A stretch of DNA of 64,000 nucleotides. Origin: Amphiscolops sp. MND2022 (Eukaryota). Made by a program: the position numbers and the translations under genes. Shown here one piece after another: positions 27,308 through 40,362 of the stretch. Every line of letters starts with the position of its first letter. Positions within the stretch are counted from its first letter, which is position 1. The DNA lies in NCBI GenBank assembly GCA_964187785.1, contig OZ076418.1:3906001-3970000 (forward strand). The letters run 5' to 3'. Under the pieces are notes generated by a model. That model had not been told where the DNA came from. It saw only the letters and a program-made list of their open reading frames with translations, and did no database searches.

Positions 27308-30300
27308 ATGACAACTCGAAATCAGAAAACAAAAGCTGTAGAGCAACTAGGTTATGCTGAGATTGAAACTTCTGTAGTTGAAAACAACACCATTGAAAAT
27401 GCAACTTCGAAGAAGACACTCAACGGCAAAGACACTCAACACAAAACACCGAAGACTCAGACTCTGTGACTGAAAACACATTCTTCTTGCCTACATCATA
27501 TCCCATAAGATCTAAAACGACTCTTCAAAACAACACTCTTTCAGTAAGTCGGAACATGGTGACATGAGACCTCAACGACTCCACAAATCTCGGAACGGAA
27601 AGCAGCGTTCACGAAGCCAATCCACAAAAGACGTTTAGCAAGCTCCAAACTACTGCTTGAACCACAACCACAAACATACGCACCACTAAATTTGTCGACA
27701 ATGCCAAAAGCACTTATAGCGTCCTTCCCAGTCTTCGAGGGCAAGTCGAAAAACTTGAGTTGTTTGAGAAACATTTAGGAACAAGAAAAAGTGCACCCAC
27801 ATTTCACAAAAATCCAAAACAGCATTTAATATTTTCGCTCATCACAACAACGTACTGGACTACAATCATACTGTGACGTAGGAGACACCAAGCTGAAGGA
27901 AATAATCACGGCGTACAAATGGCAATTCGGAGATTTCCAATCCTCTGCCAAACGTAGATGCGACTGGGATACAATCCGTTTTGACCCCGCAGAACAAATT
28001 CTGCACGAGTTTCTAGACGCGCTCCAAAAAAAACACCAGAAAAGCTTTCGTGCAGGAAGCGCAGCATTTTATTGACAACGCAATAGATGCCAAAATGCAT
28101 GACTATGTTGAAACGGTTCCTAGTAGCATATCTAGAAGACAAGCCTTTCGTTGACATTGCCCTTTACCTAGAAAAAAGTTATACTCAATGGCTTAAGTGC
28201 CCTGCTGAAACGACTTTAGTACTCCTCAACTCTGTCGAAGAATTCCCGTTACAACCAAAAAAGTCCAGAATCAAAGAGGATACTGTTTCGATTGTGGTAA
28301 ATACGCCCAAAAAGAAGCCCAAAGTTGCAAACTAAATTGAGAACGTTTCATGGAAACTAAGGCAAGAATGATGACGCCAACAATGTAGAAACCCAAAAGT
28401 GCAAGTGTGATACCTGTGGAGAAACGCAAAAGAAACGGAAAACTGTTGGGACAATGTCCACGCGGCAAACGACTGCAGAAGGACGAAACTGGAAATCATA
28501 ATCTCGACCAACAACATTAGCACCCGATGACAACACCTGAAACTACTCAAAAAGCTAAAATCGCAAAATGTATGTAGTTTCAAATTACTTTGAAGAGGAC
28601 TTGATAACAGAATATATTGAAGAACCTACACCGGACTGGCAAAGACGTTGGAACGTCGCGCGATCATCTCCAACAAAGCCCGTCATAAGGAGCAACATAA
28701 ATCACTTTCTTAACTGTTGGTGAATCACCAGACCCCTCTGTGACGTTGAAATGCCCTTTGCCAAAAACCAAGAGAGAAACAATCTACATCTACGATGCAG
28801 ATTACCAAATTGACATTTGAGAGGAACCAAAGATCTATGACACAGATTCCCTCTGATTCAAGTTTCACATCCTCACATCCGAAACCATCCACAAACAGAA
28901 AAATATCAAAATGCTGCAACCTCTCACTTTTCCATTCTTGAAAATGTCAAGCGATAGATTAGAACAAGTCCCGATTCGAATCACGGAGATGCCTGGACGA
29001 TGACCAACGGAAACAATCAGGAAACGCAGAACAAGAAACACGAAAGACCCAAACTTCTTCAACGAACAACACTCAAAAGACAATCACCTGATAAACACGA
29101 ACATAGAACCAGAAAACTCATCAATAGATTCAAGCTTCAATATAGAATTTCTCCAACACAGCAAAAAAGAAAACAACTACATCCCGCTGATGTCAGCAAA
29201 ACCTCTCAAGAATAATTGGAGAAGGTTTTCCCTCACTTGAGTTCAATAAAGTCAAAGTTTGACGCATCATTTGATTCGGGTGCGTACATAAATGTCATCA
29301 GCGAAACAGACGCAGGGAAAACAAGACTCGAAGCAACTCAAGGTATGCATCAAACAAGAAGTACCTTACCACTTTCAAAATCCAACAAGCAAACTCCACC
29401 ATGAGATTTAACATCGGCGACTATACGTTTGAGGAAAATTTCATATTATTGACCAAACCACCATATTCAATATTCGGTTTAGTATTCCTACAGAGACACT
29501 GTGTGATACTGGTCTCTGCAGAAGTAGCACTTGCTTCCCGAGAAAACAGATCAAAATGGCACTTACTGATAAAATGCAAAAATGTAATCCAAAGCCTATA
29601 TCGATCCGAACTAAAAGCAAACACACAAAACCAGCGCGCGCCACCCGTTTCATTGAAGCATCAATAGTTGCTAATAACGATAACCCAATTACCGTTCAAC
29701 TTTTGCCAAAATTTGACGACTGCGCGAAACTGATTGTCACTTCAGCAATCAATACAGTCCAAGTTAAAAGAGTAGCCTTTAAGTAGCCAATACAAAAAAG
29801 TTTCCACGTGAGATCGCGGACAGCGAAAAACTAGACCGTTAGGAAAGCGAAACTTCAAGGACTATATTTCTAGCATTGTTTAAATGGAAGGAGTCCCTAA
29901 TCAACGGCGAGGACCACGAATCAATTATCGTTGAGTTCGATGCCATCTTTGCACGACATCGACCAGACATTGGAGTGGACACTCAATTCAAGATCATTCT
30001 AACGTCCAAAACCGACAAACAAGTATTCACACAAGGCCTGCAAGTCCCGATCAACGACCAAACAGTAGAACTGCGCCTAATACATCACCGCGGCGTTAAA
30101 ATGACACTCTTTTCCACAAAATTTGCAAGTCCAGTCATTGCGCATGGTAAACTCAACAAAAAAGATAATATAAATGGACTTACGAAAGATCAACACAGTA
30201 ATTTCAAATGATTACGTTAATAACAATCATCTCATCAACACACTATCCGATGCAGTATAACATCTTGCAGCAAGAAACTATTCTGCAAACTTGATTGTTC

Positions 30301-32100
30301 CCACGCCTAGCATTGCTTCCAAATGTCAAACTAAAGATCAATATAACTTCTCGCTTTCAACTCTGCAAGTAGAACGTTCGACTATCGCAGACTAGCTAAA
30401 GGGGTCAGCAGAGCATTAACAATTAAAAAATGCAACTTAGGCACAATGAATATAGATATCACAGTCACAGAAAAATTTATCAACAACTTCAAGTCGATTA
30501 ATGCCAGCCTAGAAGAAGCCTGTGACAGTTTATAGTTGCATCGGATTATGCACTAATAATAGATCAAAGTGACGACGAAAAACCATTGTTAAAACTCGAG
30601 GTTTGCACCAGTAGCATTTGGATGACGGGGGTTCTCACAATCGCACATGAAAATGTCAAGATATTGCTATGCTTTCCTAGCACGCCTTTATATAATACAG
30701 CCACATTCTTTAGGAATCTACCCTCGTCACACTCGTACTAACCTACAATAGATCAGTAACAAGGTTTTTCCAAACAAAACACCACTCCACCCACTCAATG
30801 GAATACATGTGAAGAGGTGTTCAAGTTCACAGTTCACATCAGGCACGTAGCAAGATCACAAAAAACAGCAGCAGAAATCCAGTCTCGATTAGAACTAACA
30901 GATACGAAAACACAACGAATGATACAGCTAAAGTTACGGAATGATATACTAACGTCACCCATAAAAGTCAACGTAACAATCAACTGGTCTCGCGAACTGA
31001 GAGCAAAATTTTTTCCTTCCAAACAAAGGAGTCGAGTCGGAAGATGAAACATTTGCGAGAAATGAAAATAGCGAAAAACGAGCACCAGTAGGAAAAGATC
31101 AGTAGAACTTATCAACTAATAGTAACAGAATTATTGATATTACAACTCAACGCCACAATTTACGAGTTGGACGCAATCAAAGAGACTGCACGCATTAGAA
31201 ACGAGCGAGATGTTGGCCCTCCACTAAAGTCCCTGAGAATACGACTCCTACACAGAAAATACGACAAACACGCTCTTCGGAACCAGGAAGTAGACACCTG
31301 CTACGACACCAAGACCGAATCATAGTTAGGAAAAGCGTCATCATGTGACAAAATTATGGTGAAGACGGAACAGTTTAATGATCACCGAGTAATGATACCA
31401 AAATATCTAGTAACAGTACTACTACACACTCTTCATGGAAAATGGGAAAACACCGGGTAATAAGGAAAATATCTCCGGATTGTAGAACGAAATATTCCTA
31501 CCCAATAAGTGCACGAAAATCAGAGCCTGTGTAGTCAGCTGCCCCGACTGCATTTTGAACAAGAGGGATGGATACAAGACAAACACGACCGGAAATGCTC
31601 AGTACCACAAAGTTCACATTGGACCCAGAAGATTGTTTAGAAGGCATCTTACCAAATTTTCACTACCTAGTCACTTACTCCGGACAAGATATGACAACAA
31701 AGACAGTCGGACGATGCATTGTCGACGAAATGACAAGACATTGCTACTTATCAACAACCATATTGACAGACAAAAGCCCAAAATTCCGATCAAAAATGGG
31801 GACCCAAATAGCGCAAACACTCGAGCTACGGATTAGCGTCCGACAGGAAGACGTCACTCAATTAGGATGTCAGTGACAATCGCTGTATCACAACCCCGCC
31901 CCCTGTAGAAATCCCATCTCCCGTCAGTAGTAGTCGGCTTTAGCCCTGGGAAAAATGACAGATACAACTTAAGACTCAATCCAAAACCGAAAGCAGATCC
32001 TGAATTTCAAATATTCGACTCAATCACAACGACAGACTTACGCCACACTGAAGACTCAGCAAATAATGAGATTACCAAAACGAACCGGAATGGCGACGTT
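27308..32100 (+). mobile_element. Highly decayed Gypsy element 'D'
   Basis: MTTRNQK gag start; FDSGAYINVISE protease (~29270); IFARHRPDIGVDTQFKI RT lead-in (homologous to element B); TTKTVGRCIVDEMTRHCYLSTTILTDKSPKF integrase (homologous to element C). Confidence 0.85.
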
Positions 32101-32973
32101 ATTTTACTAAGTACAAATAAACACAACAAAAGCTGGATTCAACTAACTAAAGACAAACAAACTCAATGGAATCAAAAAACAACTCGACAAATACTACGAT
32201 GTAGCGTTTATCACTGTATCTTGTGATATACATCGGGGTCATCGCATCTACTGTGTTTCTGTTTCTTGCTCTAGACAGAACTAACAAATGTTTTCGAACT
32301 AGACGACGGTCCATCGGAACTAGTCTTTGCGGAAGCCGTTTAGGATTTTTTCTCTCTGTAACGAGAGATGCTAGAACTATTGCAACGGCACCCTTTAACG
32401 TCCAAATACAATGGATTAAAAACTCTAATTCGATGCGTGACGTGGCATTGAGAATGTGGTTGCGGTTTCCGCTGTTTTTACGAAATTGACAGTTACTTGG
32501 AAAAACCAACAGTTGAACGAGCGAAACACAAAAGAGAGCAAACGAGCACCCCAAGGGCACGCAAAGACTGTTAGAAAACCTGTGAAACGTTCTTTTACAG
32601 GTGCTAAACTTACGGTTTCTTTTGATTTCAGCATAATGGTGCCTTAAGTAGCAAAAACTACAAAAATTAGTCATTTTGTCTAGTTTACGAGCCTGTGCCT
32701 CTGGTGCCCCAGCTTACGAACTGAAAGTGAATGTTGCCAAATAATTTTTGTGGACGTGATCATTGTACTTTGTTGTAATTTTATGGCTTTTTTGGGTATT
32801 TTAGACGTTATTCCACAAGTCACATTGAATGACTGAAGTTTACATTATTTCTTCTTGGAACGCTTTTAAGAGTTGTGTAGACAGTGGTTTTGAAGAAAAA
32901 AGGCATAGTGGCCGCTACTGACACCGAAGCAGACCGTCCTCATGGCGGGACACGTTTTTCTTCCGGAGGAGGC

Positions 32974-33500
32974 TGTTACGACTCGCGTTCGGGTCGTCAT
33001 TTTGGATTGAATAGATTCTGACAGATTTTGTAGGATTATAGAAACACCTAGTTTCATTTTACGTTTCTTCTTCAGTGTTTTCTCTCATGCTTTCTCCTGT
33101 TTTCGGTTTTAGCAGTTTTAACATTTCCTTCCGGGATTCTCTGAGAAGACTCTTAGTTTCCGAGGTTATTTCCTCTTTCAAAGAAACCCTCAAACTCTCT
33201 ATGAGGCTAGTTTCAGTCTTGGGAGATTTTGGTATCGAGGGACCCGCAATGATTACGTCCTGTCCCGAGAAACAAGGATTTTCTACTACTATTGGTGAAA
33301 CTAGACCTTCACTTACACTTTCATTGCTCTGCTGTTGGTTATTCTTCCTTTTCTGGCTTCTTTCAGTCGATATTATGAATGAAAGATTGAATTTGAACTT
33401 TCAAGTTTGAACTGTATTTTCAAACAACGTTGAGAATTGAGCTGAGAAATGAGAAATCGGAACACAACTGATCTTTACAGATGAGAAAAGACTGAGTCCC
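32974..33500 (-). repeat. Probable LTR 3' part of another Gypsy family ('E') containing a gag-like N-terminal ORF
   Basis: Minus-strand frame IISTERSQKRK...NDDPNASRN (one internal stop) ends abruptly at ...GAGTCGTAACA and is followed by unrelated sequence. The upper boundary is arbitrary. Confidence 0.45.
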
Positions 33501-35476
33501 CCGTATATGGAGAATCATCGTGTTTATATCGTTTATATCCTTCTAGCATCATTTGCGCACGACTATATCCCTAATTTTCCTTGAACAATTAGTCATTTCC
33601 TGTTTTCTTGGTGAAAAAATCATCACAATCCCAAATTTGCGTCGACGTTTCGTCAAATTTTGGGACACGACATTTTTGCTCCAGTATTAGTCATCAGCCA
33701 TTATCATATCATTTCATTCCGGCGTCCTTTTGTTTCCTCCCAAGCAAGAAGTAGATATTACTTCAGTCTGTCAAACCAGAAATGATTGTTTGTTTTACCG
33801 CGTTGGTTCGTAGGAAAATTGACGCGGAAATTACGCTGACGTGAAAAACTAATACCTGATTTTGAATGTTTATTTGGACAAATGCTATGACTAAGTCTTG
33901 AGTTATGATTACTTGAACGATGCTAAGAAGATATTCTGAATAGACTATTCTGATATTCATGCAAAGACAGATATTGGATTAGGGAAATATAACATTTACA
34001 AACATCAACATATAACTCAACGCATCAGTAGTAGTTTTGGTCTGTCGCGACAATTGCGACAATTTTACAAATTAGAGAGCATCACATTCAATCAACCGCA
34101 CTTTTTGGTGATATCTTACAAAAAGTTTACGAGTTAAGTAACGACATGTTCGCGCAAATATAGTCAAAGTTAAGGTTATGAAGCATGCATTCAAAAGATT
34201 GGGTATAAAAGTACAAGCATATGAAAATTTGTCTCTAGTATAAAATACTTTTAGCTTGTTTCAACTTCATTAATAAACTGTGACTTTCACTCATATTCAA
34301 TGGAGATTTTCCTTTATAATATTTCTAGAACGCTTTTAGATTAATAACAACTTGTCTGACGGAAGGTTGACGCAATTTCCAAATTTCATTTATCTAGTTA
34401 GGTTGAGAGTACTTTAATTATTATCTCTGAACCAGATTCATCGGCAAAGTATTTATCTCATGATTTTACGTGGATTAGACCAGCTATTTTAATGGATTTG
34501 TGACGTAGTGTTGACAAGTTTTTGCAACTAGTATGGCAGATTTACTTACTTCATCTAATTTCATAAACTTGTCAACGTCATGTTGACGAGTTTTTTTTGG
34601 GAAAATTAGGTTCTTGACTAGTTTGACGCAATGCTCACGAGTATTTAGAACGAACTACTAGCTAGTTGGCAAGGCCGTGCCGTCACACTGGCGGATATTT
34701 GGAATGATTTCTAAGATGGCAGTTGGTTCAGTGATGTAGCACAGGTGGATGATCGGAATGATTTCTTGGTATGCAAAAACGGAGTTGTGACGTCACATTA
34801 TATATTTCCAAAACTTGTCTACGTCTTAGTGACGACAAATGTACATGTATGTTTATTCTTACTGCTGCTGCTCACACTAATTGCTGTTCCAACGTGTTTT
34901 TCAGAGTGGTTTTCATTTTAGATCTTGGTATGCTCTCTTTTTAAAGATAAGTTCGTATCTGTTTTTAATTTAGATTAGTCTATGCCTTCGAACCTAATAC
35001 GCAGTTTTGGTTTTTTTTCAGAAACCGGATGTTCTTATTTTGACGTGATAAACACGACATGCCGGAAATGGGTGAAATCATTTTGGTCCATCTTATTTCC
35101 AGTTTTCACTTCCGTTTAAGATTTTCCCAACATAGACGTATATTTTGTATTTTCAGTCACAGTTTAATTTAAATGCCAGTACTAATGTTTGGAGTTAAGA
35201 TCTAAAATACCATTTGGGGAATCGCAAGCTGCTGCAGTGTCCTTTTCCGATTCCGATGCGTTTGCAGTAACATCCCAGACCGGGAGCGGGCTGTGACAGG
35301 GCCACTCTTCTTGGAGGAACGCCTCTGCCGGTTTGTCAGGGCTGTAGCAACAGCTGTGGCACAAAATCACTGGTGGATGCAGATTCTTTATCTTTGCTTT
35401 CCGCCAGGTCATTCAGGGGGCTTATTGGTTGGAAACTTAGTCTTCTTGGTGTGCCAGGAGGGGTAACAAAATACGA

Positions 35477-35930
35477 TCAGGAGACTTCTTGTTGAAGTTG
35501 CTCTAGATATTCTATGACTCTACTGCTAGTCGCTGATTCTTCGTGGGCGGCATGTTCTACTATGAATATCTCTGAGCTTAGATTTTCGTCGGGGCTTTCG
35601 GGGCTATCTGCAGGTCCTTCTTCTCGCAAGTTTTCTAATGACAATTCCGTTACCGGAGTTTCTTCAGATTCAATAGATTTGTAGCTTAGATTTAATCTCT
35701 TTCTTTTGCAGTCATGTTCCAGAGACTTTAACGGCAAGTCGAAAAATGCATTCCCAACTGTGGCTTCAGTGGGAGAATGGGGAACTTCTAACACTACGCG
35801 GTAGTTCGGAATATCACATCTCGGGAGGGGGTGGAGGCTCTTTCTAGGATTCCCTCTTCGTCGCTCGATGAGATGTCGAGCAATTCGTTTGTTCCTCTGT
35901 AAATGCTCATCTTCATTTGCAGTTGCGGTT
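35477..35930 (-). pseudogene. Unidentified low-complexity S/E/P-rich ORF
   Basis: Open frame ..RKSLHPLPRCDIPNYRVVLEVPHSP..EQLQQEVS, continuing past a stop into YFVTPPGTPRRLSF. No domain recognised. Confidence 0.25.
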
Positions 35931-36573
35931 GTAAACAGTCACGTTGTTTGTATTGTTGATTGTTTCACAATGAGTTTAGGATTAGTTAGGATTGAGAAAA
36001 ATGTTGGAATAAATCAATCCATTCTGATTGATTATTCAATCAATTTAATTTTTTTAAATCCCAGGTGTTGGCGTTTTGCCAAAGTCGCGTTTTTAATGGC
36101 TCCGAATTGAATAGTTCGCTTAACCAACCTGGTCAACGTTATGTTGACGTCAAATTCGCTAGCTTTTAACTAGCTTCTAGTTTTCTCACCGTTTTTATGA
36201 CGTCATTGTAGATTATAGGGCAATGTTTTAACCCTGATAACTTTTTTGTCGACGCTATGCCGACGTCAATTTCGCTGATCTCTTTCATGTTTGCTGTGTC
36301 TTTCAGATTCGCTGTTATTTGTGATGGGCTTCCGTCCACCCAACTTTCCAGCGGTTGATCCTGGCGCTCAGAGCGAACACGAAACGCAGTTCTTGTTCTC
36401 GGAAGGAGATATGCGTGATAGTGACGCTGATTTTGTTTGTCAACCGTCCAGTACTTGGTAAGTTTTTTCATCCTCACATTCCATTAAACTTTTGTGAAAT
36501 ATACTTTCAACAGTTAGGCCTTTCCTATTGCAGTGATTTCCCAGCTGAGATTTTCTTAACCCGTCAAAACTAG

Positions 36574-39500
36574 GGAAGTGGTTTTTAGAGTCTGGACCAG
36601 TTTCTTCTTCTGATGTCGTCAATCCGAACGACCATGAGGTTATTTCCCTTCCGCCTGATCCTTTTGCCATTTCTGTGGAGCTGCTTTGTGCCCTTGCTCT
36701 GGCTCCCACAGTTACATCTGACGGTGCTTCTACTTCTGCTGATGTTGTTTCCCTGCTCCATTCGGGGGAAAATTTTCGTCTGTTACGCATGAAGGTGAGT
36801 TTGGAACGCCCTTGGCTGCCGCCGCAGGATCGTCTTCCATTGCAGTTGTTGATGATACTCACTTCCCCCCGCCTCCTTAACAGAGTGAAAGAGATGAGCT
36901 TGGACAATCGGTTAAGGTGGTTTGCAGTCAGACCTAGTCTTCTTTTCGCTTTAGTGGTTTCTCGCCCGGATTTGTCCAGTCTTTTGGAAGTCGAGCTACT
37001 TCTCCGATCGTTAAACGAGGTGGGTTGTGGGTTTTTGTTCTGTGTTATGGTTTTCCTTTCCAAAATTCTCTCTTTTTTGATATGGCCGGACTGTAAACGT
37101 ATGTATCGTGTTCGATAGTTCGTGTGGTCACTCCGACTGAACAAGAGCCAGGTGAGCAGGAGTCATTCAAGTCATCTACGTCATTCGACTTCTGAGGTGC
37201 CTGCGAAGTCTAGATCGTTCACGTTTGCCAGTATTGATAAGGAGGCCAACGCTGACCCTTCATCTGCGCGACAGTCTTCGCCGTCTGCTAAACTGAGGGA
37301 GGCGATTGGCTCTGAGTTCGAGAGTCGGTCTTTAGATCCTTTTGGTGCAAGTACGTTTTCCTTCTTTTCGAACTATACTAGTGATTGTTGCATTGATGGT
37401 GATTATTTGAGTTCAAAGTTGTAGCTTAGGGGCTGTCTGTTGTCACTGTCAGCTTTGTCATGTCGAATTACTTTTATGGGTGTTTTTGTTATAGGGTTCG
37501 CGGAGTTGATGAATCGAGTTGAGACTACTCTAGAGGGTGCTTCTCCTGGCCAAAAACGTGTGTATAGTTCGCGGAATCGACTCCGTCGTGATATAGTGGC
37601 CAACCATCCTGTTTTTGTGAGTGGCTCTAGTACTGGCACTGACAAACTGTTTACTTGAACTGTGCCGATGTGGTGGTAGCTACGTTCTTTTGCGCAGATT
37701 GTGGAGTTGCTTTCGAGCTACGTTGGGTCCCGACAGTCCGTTGTACAAATTGAATTGGAGCCGAGCTGAATCTTTAGTAAGTAATTTTCATGAATTGTCC
37801 TTTTGTGTTTGCATGGCACGTTGAGTTTCCTACTTAGGTATGCTTCGGAGTTAGCAATCATTCAATATGTTGGGTTTTGTTCTATTCATTGCTCTGTGGT
37901 ACCTTGTTTCCTCGTGTGTTGCGGTCTCTTTTCGTGCGGGTTGCCGCCTTTAAGCTTTGAGAAGTAAAGCATTTCTACGAAGAACGTGACGAGGGTCTGT
38001 ACTGCTTTGTGCGAACATGGGATGACGTGTACCTCCAAGACGTTTGCGTGCGAGTAGAAGCACTCGGTCAACTAGCTCCATATGCTGAGTTGTTCTGTAT
38101 TTCACGTATCGTGGATAGTCTTGCTTGCTGCCAATGACAACTTGCAATACAAGGTGGTAGCCCCAGCTTGCATCGAGTCCTGTGCCTCAATCGTGTTGAT
38201 GGACGTCGCTTTATCGTTTGCCGAGAATTCACTGAGAAGGTGTTTCTCCAGTGCTATCGCGAGGCTCATCAGGAAGTTTTTGAGATGTTGAAGAAGACTT
38301 CAATGGTCGATTTCTTCATGTTGCGCTTAAGCGTGCTCTTCAAGAACCGTGGATGGAGAATGTTGTGGATTTCCGACGCATTGTCATCGCGGGTCAGGTC
38401 CCTTTTCCCGATGTTTGTGGCGTTGTCACTGATTTGATTTCTGTGTGGGACTCAGTTCGTGAGTACGTGCGGAGTACAGGCCCTCCTCATACTCAGACCC
38501 AAGCTGAAAGGGTTTCATTCTTTTTCTTGATGTAAATATACAGGCAAAAGTGCGTTATAACATTGCTACGACGCTATAAAATTGTCGTTTGTGGTTTCTT
38601 TCTTTTCTTCCGAATTTGTGTTCCTTGTTATGGTTTTCGGAACGCTTTGTTTTGTAGATGCCTGGCGTCGATTGGCTTGTGTTATCGAAGAATACTAACC
38701 AGTTGAGCTTGGGGCTCTTCTTGCACGTGCTGGAATTGCGTTAGTATTCTTTTATTTATTCTATCCGCGGTCTCTAGTATGGGTGTTGTATGGTGCTGAT
38801 GTTCAGATGCATGTTCCTTCAAGAAGCAGCGCTCGAAACGCGTCGTTTACACCTTCCACTGTTACATGGAGTTAGGCCAATTTCTATATTGTCTCTTGAC
38901 CCAGAGTCGAAAAACGTCTTCTCTGCCTGATATAAACTCATGGGACGAATCCATGGACAGAGAGAAAGTAGCCAGTTTTGCGAAAGTTGGGGATGCTGAT
39001 TTCCTGCGTAGCTGCGAATTTGGGACTACTTTGCGTCGGAAGAATGGTAGTGAATTCAAAGATTTCCGGAGCCGCTGTGGTCGATTTATTGACTCTCTTG
39101 TTGATGCTGATTTGTCCCAGTTGCTGGTGTCTTCCGAGTTTCTTCAGGGTGTGTATTGTTTCTGTCCTGAGCTGCTTACGGAGGGGGACGACCACTGTGT
39201 GTTTAGCCTGTTCAGCAGATTGGTTCGGGTACTAGAGAGGAGTTGCGCTTTATCTTCCGTGGAGTCAAAACCTGCAGTGGAGGATCCTCTCTTGCTGTGG
39301 ACGTTCGTGCACGTCATATGGTCAGTGGTAGTAAAGCGGAAGAAATTGCTGATGTTATCGATTGTTTGTGGGCTGATAATGGATCCGTGGCACGGAACAA
39401 TTTGTGTAGAGTGTTCAAGTAGTGGTGCCTGATGATTCGGGGGCATTTGTCAAAGTAACCTCAAGTGGAAATTGATTTGGATGGGTGTAGAGTGCCTGTT

Positions 39501-40029
39501 GTTGCTGTGAAAGCCTGTATTTGAGGATTTCAAAGTTGTGTTTCAGCTCCTACTTACAAGCAGGGAGATTTTTTTTACAAAACATAGTATGGAGTTTGTC
39601 CGGTCCGCGATCGCTGGGTATGAAAACTTCATGCAGCAGGAGGACTTCAATCTCTGGAACAGATTATGTAGTGATGGCCATGCTGTTTTTATGGAGCCCT
39701 TTTGTGAGCTTTTCGAGGTTCATCTCTCTCGTCGGAAGGAGGGGGCTCATCAGCGGTTATATGAGGCAAACCGATCGGATCGTAAGCAGTGCGTCAAAAG
39801 TGGTGGTAAACCTTCTGCTGGAGGACGTTCTGAGAGTCCAACTTCGTCTGTTGTGTATGCGCCACCAGCCGGTGTTTCGAGCAGTTTCAGTTCATTTCGA
39901 CAGACAGAATGCTACACGATTCCATTCCGGTTAGTCATCTTTACTCGGACGAAAAAAGGCCATAAAGAAATGAACCTGTTGTTGTCAAGCAGAAGACGAC
40001 TAAACGAGGAACGAAGAATCTTACACTAG
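36574..40029 (+). pseudogene. Decayed antisense cargo gene of element C, homolog of the element B antisense gene
   Basis: FRRIVIAG..TDLISVWDSVREYVRSTGPPH aligns to MRRFIRIGG..VEVVEYWNDLGAYFGTHRPH of B. EKVFLQCY..SMVDFFMLRL aligns to RKLFLAEF..SVLDYLRVRL. DADFLRSCEFG..FCPELLTEG aligns to DDNLYELHFG..FDPVLVHSG. Start coordinate approximate. Confidence 0.75.
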
Positions 40030-40130
40030 CTGAATTCGGGTTGGAGGACAGTTTCACTCTGTTGAACTAATTTGTGTTTGGACTTGTAGTTTTGTTGCTG
40101 TTTTGTGTTTTTTGTATTCTTATGATTTGT

Positions 40131-40277
40131 AGTATGATGTCTCAAGTGATGTGGGACAATTGTATTCCTCATTTAGAAAAAGAAATCTGTAAAGTCCCTA
40201 GTCAGTATGATGTCTCAAGTGATGTGGGACAATTGTATTCCTCATTTAGAAAAAGAAATCTGTAAAGTCCCTAGTCA
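40131..40277. repeat. Perfect 73-bp tandem duplication
   Basis: agtatgatgtctcaagtgatgtgggac...aaagtccctagtc at 40131 and 40204. Confidence 0.95.
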
Positions 40278-40362
40278 AAATAAAGAAAAGAGGGCCATAG
40301 TATGTCTGAAATGAAATTGCCAAGTCGGTTCGATTTGGACTCCTGAAAGTTGTCTTTTTATT

